Part shown: positions 8,500 through 15,170 of the stretch, piece by piece | How the letters are laid out: the number at the start of each line of letters is the position of its first letter | Numbering within the stretch: the first letter of the stretch is position 1 | From: an uncultured virus (IMG/VR IMGVR_UViG_3300031276_000162) | Taxonomy: Duplodnaviria; Heunggongvirae; Uroviricota; Caudoviricetes | Length of the DNA: 20,000 nucleotides | IMG/VR virus record: IMGVR_UViG_3300031276_000162 | Strand: one strand, 5' to 3' | Made by a program: the position numbers and the translations under genes | Notes under the pieces: model-generated | Seen by the model: the letters and a program-made list of their open reading frames with translations, nothing else | The model's database searches: none | Told to the model about the DNA's origin: nothing

Positions 8500-9597
8500 T
8501 CATAGCGCCTCGCTCAGTGCCGAGGCCACCGCGTCCACGATCTGTGCGGTCACGTGCTCACCGGTGGGTAGGTTCATCCCGCGATCGGCAAGCCACCGGG
8601 AAGTGGAGGGCGGCGGCCTACCGGCTGCAGCCGCTTCATGAAAGGGAAGGGTTGACAGAGAAGGAAAGAAGGGTCGGCTATCAATTTCTGCTTCCCGCAG
8701 CGCAGCGACCGCCCGGGCGCGGTCCTCCGGCTCCTCGAACACCACACTGAACAACCAGCACACGTCATCGGCCCACTCCCGAGTGGCGGGCAGCTTCAGG
8801 GGCAAGGAAGCCAGCGCGCTGCGATACCAGGCATCGTTCTGGCGCCGCACGGAAAGGATCTGCTCTAGGCGCTCAGTCTGGGCGAGTCCGAAGGCCGCAC
8901 ACAGGGCGGACATGCGGTAGTTGTAACCAACGTCAGTGAACCAGTAGGTGCGCTGCGCATCGACGCAATGACCTCGGTACGAGCGCAATTTGGCTTCCAG
9001 ATCGGGGTCGCTGGTGCACACGATACCGCCTTCGCCGGTGGTGAGCAGCTTGTTGCCGTAGAAGCTGAAGGTGGAGGCGTCGCCGTAGGAGCCGACAGGG
9101 CGCTGGTTGAGATGCGCCCCATGCGCTTCCGAGGCATCCTCAATCACAAACAGCCCGTGGGCGTCGGCGATGGCGCAGATCTCGTGCATGTCAGCCGGCT
9201 GCCCGTATAGGTGCACCGGAATGATACCCACGGTGCGGGGCGTGATAAGTGAGCGGACGCTCTCCGGACTGATGCACCAGGTGTCGCGGAGCACATCGGC
9301 AAAAACAGGAGTGGCCCCGCAGTAGCTCACGGCGTTGGCGGTAGCAACGTAGGTAAGGTCGGGAACGATGACCTCGTTTCCTGGCCGACAGCCGAGGGCG
9401 ACCAGCGCGAGGTGCAAGGCTACGGTACCATTGCAGCAGGCGACGGCGTGCTGAGTTTGAATACGCTCAGCAAACGCCCGCTCGAAGCGTTGGACGAAAG
9501 GCCCAGCGCCGGACACGAATCCTGAGTCCAGCGCTTCCAGCACGTAGCGTCGCTCCAGGTCGGTGATGGACGCGCTGGCTACGGGGATCCCAATCAC
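8500..9597 (-). CDS. per: DegT/DnrJ/EryC1/StrS PLP aminotransferase, GDP-perosamine synthase-like
   Basis: NGTVALHLAL, VHLYGQPADM, IEDASEAHGA, SFYGNKLLTTGEGG (PLP lysine), GYNYRMS, GMNLP. Start set to GTG 9597 because the ORF-track extension overlaps the upstream gene. gmd is in the same locus. Confidence 0.9.
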   Translation of the reverse strand: MIGIPVASASITDLERRYVLEALDSGFVSGAGPFVQRFERAFAERIQTQHAVACCNGTVALHLALVALGCRPGNEVIVPDLTYVATANAVSYCGATPVFADVLRDTWCISPESVRSLITPRTVGIIPVHLYGQPADMHEICAIADAHGLFVIEDASEAHGAHLNQRPVGSYGDASTFSFYGNKLLTTGEGGIVCTSDPDLEAKLRSYRGHCVDAQRTYWFTDVGYNYRMSALCAAFGLAQTERLEQILSVRRQNDAWYRSALASLPLKLPATREWADDVCWLFSVVFEEPEDRARAVAALREAEIDSRPFFPSLSTLPFHEAAAAGRPPPSTSRWLADRGMNLPTGEHVTAQIVDAVASALSEAL

Positions 9598-9604
9598 GCA
9601 GGTC

Positions 9605-9634
9605 AGGATAGCGCTTACGGTGTGGGCACCACAA
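9605..9634 (-). promoter_or_regulatory. Putative internal promoter TTGTGG-N18-TATCCT, 7 nt before the per GTG (possibly leaderless)
   Basis: Occupies the only sizeable gap (9598-9653) in an otherwise tightly coupled minus-strand run. No Shine-Dalgarno before GTG 9597. Confidence 0.45.
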
Positions 9635-9653
9635 GTGACAAGTGCGCCGCTGG

Positions 9654-10460
9654 CTAGAGTTGGCGCAACCGCTGCAGAAACATCCCCGTATCGTGGGTGA
9701 GTACCACTCCGGGCTGGGTGGCGTCGCGGTAGAGGATGTCCAGGGTGGGGTGCACATCGCCACGCAGCCCGAGCACGCGCCCCACCGACAGGGCCAGGCA
9801 CAGGGCGCCGCCTAGCCCAATGGTCACGCAGCACTTCGCCGAGCGCATCACTTCGCAGTCTTGGCGTAGCTTCTGCAGGTCTGGAGGCGTCACTCCCAGC
9901 CGTTCAAAAGTGCGGTCCAGTACGGGCAGCTGCTGCAGGTCTGGATAGATGGAGTAGATGAGCTGTTCGCCGTGGTAGGCATACTCCTCGTTCGGCTCCA
10001 CGATGCGCTCGCCGAGCAGTACCAGGTCGTAGCGATCCCCGAGCCCTCGCAATGCCTCCAGGATAGGGCCCTTGGATGCGTGCCAGCGCTCTTGCGAAAA
10101 GTCGCGCACTTTGGTCTGCAACACCAGGTACGGGCGGGGCAGCGGTGGTGATTTGCCCGCACACAGCAGGGATGCAAGGCGCGGATGTTGGGCCGGGAAA
10201 TCGCAAGCTCGGAGCGTGTGGACGTCATGCTGCGGCAGGTTGGCTGCGTAGTCGATGACGTAGGGGTGCTGTCCATCAAACAGCAAACGGAAGAACTGAT
10301 CCACGAACGTGCGGTACTGCTCGGATCGGTAGCGCAGTAGTCCCCAGGAGGGACTGATCCGGATGCGTTCGTAGTGGTGCTTTTGGGCATCGAGTTGCGC
10401 TTTGATGAGGCACAGGTCGCCAATGCCGATCGAGAACGAGGAGTCGAAGGTGCAGCCCAT
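9654..10460 (-). CDS. Putative GT9-like glycosyltransferase, family A copy 4
   Basis: GIGD, PYLVLQTKVR, LLGE, IYSIY, DRT, LRQDC, IGLGG..LA..VG. Confidence 0.7.
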   Translation of the reverse strand: MGCTFDSSFSIGIGDLCLIKAQLDAQKHHYERIRISPSWGLLRYRSEQYRTFVDQFFRLLFDGQHPYVIDYAANLPQHDVHTLRACDFPAQHPRLASLLCAGKSPPLPRPYLVLQTKVRDFSQERWHASKGPILEALRGLGDRYDLVLLGERIVEPNEEYAYHGEQLIYSIYPDLQQLPVLDRTFERLGVTPPDLQKLRQDCEVMRSAKCCVTIGLGGALCLALSVGRVLGLRGDVHPTLDILYRDATQPGVVLTHDTGMFLQRLRQL

Positions 10461-10462
10461 GG

Positions 10463-10768
10463 TCAGTACGTCTTGTGCTGCTCCTGGAGAAATCCCGTAC
10501 CTACCAGGTCTTCATCGGTGAGCACCGCGCGAATCAGCTCGATGAGTCGCAGGTCAAGTGCGTGAATCATGCTGGAGCGCTGCACGTTCAGGTCGCACAC
10601 CTTCTTGAGACACTCATACAGCTCCAGCATCCCCTCGTCTCCGGAGTACTTATGCTGGAACTCGTGAAACTGCATGCGCCGGATGGCATAGAACAACTCT
10701 TGATTGTGCCACATCTTCAGGTCGACGGTGAGCAGCTTGTCGACGGTCTGACCAACGGTATCAGTCAT
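10463..10768 (-). CDS. Small helical DUF4254-like protein (101 aa)
   Basis: Start ATG 10768 behind GGAG. TVGQTVDKL.TVDLKMWHNQE...IRR and DLNVQRS.MI..LD resemble DUF4254-type motifs as I recall them. Confidence 0.6.
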   Translation of the reverse strand: MTDTVGQTVDKLLTVDLKMWHNQELFYAIRRMQFHEFQHKYSGDEGMLELYECLKKVCDLNVQRSSMIHALDLRLIELIRAVLTDEDLVGTGFLQEQHKTY

Positions 10769-10772
10769 GCTT

Positions 10773-11387
10773 TCACTCCAGCTTTCTGGCGGGCACGCCC
10801 ACGTACACACCGGGCTCCGCCAAGTCCTTTACCACGGCAGCGCCGACTCCGACCAGGACGTCGTCACCGATAAACACGTTGTCGCGCGTGGACACTCCTG
10901 CTCCCAACATCACCCTGTGGCCGAGCCAGTTGCGCCCAGAAACGTTGACCCCGTAGGCGGTGGTAAAAAAGTCGCCAGCATGCAGGTCATGTCCCAAGTA
11001 GGTGCCAACGTTGATGAGCGACCAGCTGCCCAGCAGTATGTTGCAAGTGAGGTTGCAGTGCGCCGAGATGATGGAGCCGTGCCCAACCACTATGGAAGAG
11101 GGGTGTAGTAAGGTGGCGCCCGGATCGATGAGGACGGGAAACTCCGTATCGGGATTGCGGGTGGTGAGCAGGCGAGCCAGCCGACATCGCTCGGCTGGGC
11201 TGCCCAGTGCGATAGCCGCACTGTGCAGCTGGGGGTTGAAGAAGCTCTCGTCGCGCACCGCGGTGTCGAGTACGGACTCAGCAGGCGCGGGCTCGATGAA
11301 TGCCTCCACCTGGAGGCGCAGCCGCTGTGCGATGAGAAGCACCTCGCGCCCGCACCCGCCGGCTCCGAAAATGCACAAGGGCTTCAT
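10773..11387 (-). CDS. Sugar N/O-acetyltransferase, PerB/PglD/NeuD family (left-handed beta-helix)
   Basis: Start ATG 11387 (ATGA overlap). IFGAGGCGREV, AIALGSP..R, hexapeptide repeats, catalytic GHD, VYVGVPARKL. Confidence 0.88.
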   Translation of the reverse strand: MKPLCIFGAGGCGREVLLIAQRLRLQVEAFIEPAPAESVLDTAVRDESFFNPQLHSAAIALGSPAERCRLARLLTTRNPDTEFPVLIDPGATLLHPSSIVVGHGSIISAHCNLTCNILLGSWSLINVGTYLGHDLHAGDFFTTAYGVNVSGRNWLGHRVMLGAGVSTRDNVFIGDDVLVGVGAAVVKDLAEPGVYVGVPARKLE

Positions 11388-12292
11388 GTTTGGCTGAGTT
11401 CCTTTTCCACTTGGGCCACGAAGGGTTTGGGACCTACGTCGCGGCATTGAGTGACGCTACAGCTGAGTGGTATGCGGCCTTCCATTTCGCTTCCCAGCCA
11501 GTGGGGACGGGCCACGCTGGAGAAGGTGAGAAACCGCGCGGGACGCTGCAGCAAGTTGGGCTGGATCATGGAGAAAGTGTAGGCTCCGCTGAAGCGCCCT
11601 ACGATGAGATGGCAGCGGGTGCTGAGGTAGCCGCACTCATTGAGATCGATGACGCCCTCCCGAATGCCAATCAGGTCGCGGGAGAACACGACGTTGGTCG
11701 GCAATCTCACCGATGGCTCGTGCTCGCGGTTGGTGTAGATGAAGAGGACGTCTGGGTGCTTGCGTCCCAGTTCGGAGAGCGGTGGCAGCATGGGAAACAG
11801 CGGTGCCTGCCCGGCGGTGGCGCGGCCGTTGGCCACCAGCACGCGGCGCACACCAGGCAGCATCTCCAGGGCCTGCTGCGCCGGTGCCACCCGGAAAAAC
11901 GAAAAGTCGATGTCGGGCAAGAAATGCGGTGGCGGAGCCAGCTCGCCGAGGGAGAATCCCAGTCGACTGGTGGCCACGTGCTCAAACATCCGATAGAGGG
12001 TATCGAATAGCGCGGCCTGACCGTCGCGCACGAAGCGCCCCTCGCCGGCGGCGTACCAGGTATTCACGAAAAGCGAGTCGTCTTCGATGAAGTCGGATTG
12101 TGCCGCGTGCACGTATCGCTCCTGAAAATCAGGAGGCAGCGCAACTTCCAGCCCACAGTCGGCTAGTATCCGGTTTCCGGCGTTGTAGTAGTAGCAAGGG
12201 ACCGAGACGTGCTGGGCGATGGATCGTACGAACGAACGAGACACGTGAAGATCTCCCAAGCGCGCGTGGGAGAAGAATATGATGCGCTTCAC
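11384..12292 (-). CDS. Putative GT-B (GT9-like) glycosyltransferase, family B copy 1
   Basis: LGDLHVSRSFV, FVNTWYAAG, GQA, DLNECGYLST.C.LIVGRFSGAYT. The C-terminal motif parallels GT9 A.L.IG.DSG..H. Confidence 0.65.
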   Translation of the reverse strand: MKRIIFFSHARLGDLHVSRSFVRSIAQHVSVPCYYYNAGNRILADCGLEVALPPDFQERYVHAAQSDFIEDDSLFVNTWYAAGEGRFVRDGQAALFDTLYRMFEHVATSRLGFSLGELAPPPHFLPDIDFSFFRVAPAQQALEMLPGVRRVLVANGRATAGQAPLFPMLPPLSELGRKHPDVLFIYTNREHEPSVRLPTNVVFSRDLIGIREGVIDLNECGYLSTRCHLIVGRFSGAYTFSMIQPNLLQRPARFLTFSSVARPHWLGSEMEGRIPLSCSVTQCRDVGPKPFVAQVEKELSQT

Positions 12293-13194
12293 GGAAGCAA
12301 CCCTAGCAACAGTTTGACGGCTTCATTGCGGCTGGTAGTGCGCGATTGAAGCACGCTGCACCGCAGCGCCGAGCGCTCACGATACCAGGGGCCAATTGCA
12401 AGCGGGTAGGGGAGCGTCGAAAACTCCAAAAAGCGAGTGGAGCGCTGCACCAGGTTCTCATGACACAGCGCGTAGGTGTAGCTGCTGGAGTTGCGCCCGG
12501 CGATGACTTGGCAGTAGGTCGAGATGAAGGCGTTTTCATTCAGGTCGATGCCCTCACGCACTCCGTGTACATCCCGGGTCCAAACGCAATTACCCGGGAG
12601 TGCCGCCCTCACTGGCGCAGCCGCCCAGGTGTAGTAGAAGGTAACGTTGGGACGCTGGGACGCTGCCGCGCGCAGTACCGGGATAAGAGGAAAGTTGCTT
12701 GCCTGTCCCGAAAGGCAGTCCACTGTGTCTAAAAACACGCGGCTGCCTTGGGCGTGCGAGTTCATGTAGTCGGACACCTGGTTAGTGGCGGGGAACGCTT
12801 TCCAATTGATGCGCGGCAGAAGTGCCGTCGGGGTGCCCATCTGCTCCATGCTCAAGTCTAGCCGTTGGCAGGCTTCCTGAAACAGACGGTACAGGCAATC
12901 AAAGGTTACTAGATCATCTGCGTGGGGAGATCGGAACCGGTGTTTGCCGGCGGCGTACCAGGTGTTGATGAATAGGCTCTCATTTTTCAGAAATGTGGTG
13001 GTGTAGGACCACTGCCGATTCTCTATTTGAGAACGTGGGCGGTGCTGCACCTGGATGTCGCAGAGCAGTGCCGGGTCTTCTGCGTGGTAGTAGCAGCAAG
13101 GCACCTGAGACAGCTCCGCGATCCTCTTCACGAAACTACGCGACACATGCAGATCACCTTTACGCCCCCAGTTGTGAAAGCAAATCTCCTTCAT
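12289..13194 (-). CDS. Putative GT-B (GT9-like) glycosyltransferase, family B copy 2
   Basis: Start ATG 13194 (ATGA overlap). KGDLHVSRSFV, FINTWYAAG, SGQA, DLNENAFIST.C.VIAGRNSSSYT. Tandem paralog of 11384-12292. Confidence 0.65.
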   Translation of the reverse strand: MKEICFHNWGRKGDLHVSRSFVKRIAELSQVPCCYYHAEDPALLCDIQVQHRPRSQIENRQWSYTTTFLKNESLFINTWYAAGKHRFRSPHADDLVTFDCLYRLFQEACQRLDLSMEQMGTPTALLPRINWKAFPATNQVSDYMNSHAQGSRVFLDTVDCLSGQASNFPLIPVLRAAASQRPNVTFYYTWAAAPVRAALPGNCVWTRDVHGVREGIDLNENAFISTYCQVIAGRNSSSYTYALCHENLVQRSTRFLEFSTLPYPLAIGPWYRERSALRCSVLQSRTTSRNEAVKLLLGLLP

Positions 13195-13856
13195 GCGCTG
13201 CCGAGCCTTTCGTGCCCGGGCCAACCTTGCACTTGGCGTTGACGAAACACTTCCTGGTCGCGCTCCCAGTGCCGGTCGTTGGCTTGCTGGTAGTCCGTCT
13301 TCGCGCGCCCGCCCCGCATCCAGTGGTCATGGTACTGGGTCAGGTCGGCGCGTTGCCAGAACACGCCGAGCAGCTGAGCGACGTGGAACAGCTCCTCGTC
13401 GCCATAGAATGCGTTGTACTGCGGACAGAAGGGGCCCCGGCCCCGGTAGGACGTCTGCAGCCACCCGCGCCCGAGCCATGGCGAGCCACAGATGCGGTCG
13501 GTGCCGTCGAGGTCATCGCCGATGGGCTGCATGACCCCGAATCCGTCCGGCCAGCGCGCGAAGAACTCGCGGGCGACGGTCTGCGGGTCCGCGTTGGGGT
13601 CCGGGTACATGTCGTCGCCGCCGGCGACCACAATGTCGCGTCTGCCGGGCAATTTGCGGCAGAGCAGGTTGGTGGCGCGCCAGTAGCCTGGGTAGGTGTC
13701 CACGTGCATGCAGAAGTCGGCCTCGACGTCCGGCACGCCCGGGTCGAGCAGGACGGCGGTGCGGTAGCCGCGCGCGCGCCACTGGGCGAGGCAGTCGCGG
13801 GCGCGCTGCGGGTCAGCAGACGGAATGGCGTACCAGATACGGTAGTGCTCAGACAT
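13191..13856 (-). CDS. Putative GT-A (GT2-like) glycosyltransferase, family C copy 1 (221 aa)
   Basis: WYAIPSA, IVVAGGDDMYP (DxD-like), GD.EL, H.HW. Confidence 0.7.
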   Translation of the reverse strand: MSEHYRIWYAIPSADPQRARDCLAQWRARGYRTAVLLDPGVPDVEADFCMHVDTYPGYWRATNLLCRKLPGRRDIVVAGGDDMYPDPNADPQTVAREFFARWPDGFGVMQPIGDDLDGTDRICGSPWLGRGWLQTSYRGRGPFCPQYNAFYGDEELFHVAQLLGVFWQRADLTQYHDHWMRGGRAKTDYQQANDRHWERDQEVFRQRQVQGWPGHERLGSA

Positions 13857-14514
13857 GTGCGGCTCGTTCGTGTCCCGGGAAGTCGGCGGCTAGGCGGGCC
13901 TCGAAGATCTTCTGGTCGGGCTGCCAGTACAGCTGCTGGTTGCGCTTCTGGTAATCCTTGCGCTGTCGGGTGCGCCACCAGTGTTCGTGGCGCTGCACCA
14001 GATCCGGCCGGGGCCAGAACACGCCGAGCCGCTCGGCCACGAGCTTCAGCTCCTGGTCCCCGAACCACACCATGTAGTCCTGGCAGAGGGGCCCGCTCCC
14101 CCGGTATGCCTCGCGCACCCAGGCGCTGCCCAGCCACGGGCTGCCGGCCACCAGGTCCGTGCCCCAGAGGTCGTCGCCGGTGGGCTGCATCACGCCGAAC
14201 CCGTCGGGGAAGCGCTCGAAGAACTGCTCCGCGATTTGCTGGGCGTCCAGGCGGCCATCCGGGAACATGTCGTCGCCGCCGGTCACCACGATGTCCGCTT
14301 CCCCGATCTGCTGGCACAAGGCGCAGACCGAGCGGTAGTAGCCGGGCCAGGGAGAGGTGTGCACGACTAGATCAGCTTCTTCCGGCCGCCTCTGCCCTTC
14401 CTCACATAGCAGGGCGACCCGGTAGCCTCGCCCGCGCCAGGCGGCAAAGCACGACTGGGCGCTGTCCGGTTTGGCTGAGGGGATGGCGTACCAGACGTTG
14501 TAGGGGGGAGGCAT
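13849..14514 (-). CDS. Putative GT-A (GT2-like) glycosyltransferase, family C copy 2 (221 aa)
   Basis: WYAIPSA, IVVTGGDDMFP, PDGFGVMQP.GDDL.GTD, GSPWLG, GDQEL, HEHW. Tandem paralog of 13191-13856. Confidence 0.7.
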   Translation of the reverse strand: MPPPYNVWYAIPSAKPDSAQSCFAAWRGRGYRVALLCEEGQRRPEEADLVVHTSPWPGYYRSVCALCQQIGEADIVVTGGDDMFPDGRLDAQQIAEQFFERFPDGFGVMQPTGDDLWGTDLVAGSPWLGSAWVREAYRGSGPLCQDYMVWFGDQELKLVAERLGVFWPRPDLVQRHEHWWRTRQRKDYQKRNQQLYWQPDQKIFEARLAADFPGHERAAHV

Positions 14515-15170
14515 GGCTTCTGTTTGACCGATGGAGTCCTGGGGGGCACGTGGTCAGCGGCGGGGGGCGGGGCGAGGTGCAGGAAGATGTCGTCGTTGTC
14601 CGGGGGCGCTCCAATCGGCGTCCGCTTGTCGCTTCGGTAGCGGTACCAGTACATACACCGGGGGAGCATGGCGTGCGTTTCGAGCAGGGGTAGCAGTCCC
14701 GACGAGTATTCGTGATCCTCGCCGTGGTTGAGGGCGGGGAAGCCGACCTGGAGGCCCAGCTCGCGCGCCACCGGGTTCAGGTGGTTGGGGCACCGGTAGT
14801 GCACGCCCTCGTAGGTGAACCAGTCGTTGTAGTCGAGCGAGTGAACGAAACGCGCGCGGCCGTGTCCGTCGGTGGTCACGACGCCCCAGTAGCCGAGGCA
14901 GTCGATGTCCGGATGCTCCGCCAACTCGTGCATGATGTCGGCCACGTAGTAGCTGGGGACCCAGTCGTCGTCGTCCACGAAGGCGATGTACTCGCCCTTG
15001 GCGCGGTGCAGGAGGGTGGTCCGCTTCTGCCCGATGGAGGTGTTGCCGCCATCCACCTCCGTGAGGATCTCCACCGGCAGATCACCGATCTGCTCCTGCA
15101 AATGCTTCACGAGTGGATTGAGCGCGTGGACGCGCTGCTCGACCGAACAGATGAGGATGCTGAGTTTCAT
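14367..15170 (-). CDS. GT2-family glycosyltransferase (compact type); C-terminal tail questionable
   Basis: Start ATG 15170 (ATGA overlap with gmd). [47 protein letters not shown]. The last about 50 aa overlap the next gene by 148 bp. Confidence 0.85.
   Translation of the reverse strand: MKLSILICSVEQRVHALNPLVKHLQEQIGDLPVEILTEVDGGNTSIGQKRTTLLHRAKGEYIAFVDDDDWVPSYYVADIMHELAEHPDIDCLGYWGVVTTDGHGRARFVHSLDYNDWFTYEGVHYRCPNHLNPVARELGLQVGFPALNHGEDHEYSSGLLPLLETHAMLPRCMYWYRYRSDKRTPIGAPPDNDDIFLHLAPPPAADHVPPRTPSVKQKPCLPPTTSGTPSPQPNRTAPSRALPPGAGEATGSPCYVRKGRGGRKKLI

Noticed and set aside
9598..9834. ORF-track N-terminal extensions (per to 9834, GT2 to 15479, methyltransferase to 6368, propeller from 4603, small ORF to 16777)
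   Set aside because: They overlap upstream genes and have shadow-like composition. Internal starts with ATGA coupling, an RBS or family-typical N-termini fit better.
3105..9960. Recurring DNA words such as TAGATGGAGTAGATG (near 3105, 7985, 9945) as a repeat array or CRISPR
   Set aside because: They encode the conserved IYSIY and LRQDC motifs of the family A paralogs and have no regular spacing.
12993..14693. 566-aa plus-strand ORF and other long Arg/Pro/Ala-rich ORFs (e.g. 1840-2715, 16307-17203, 18532-19236, 19315-19989)
   Set aside because: These are antisense or off-frame shadows of well-supported genes in GC-rich DNA, with no motifs.
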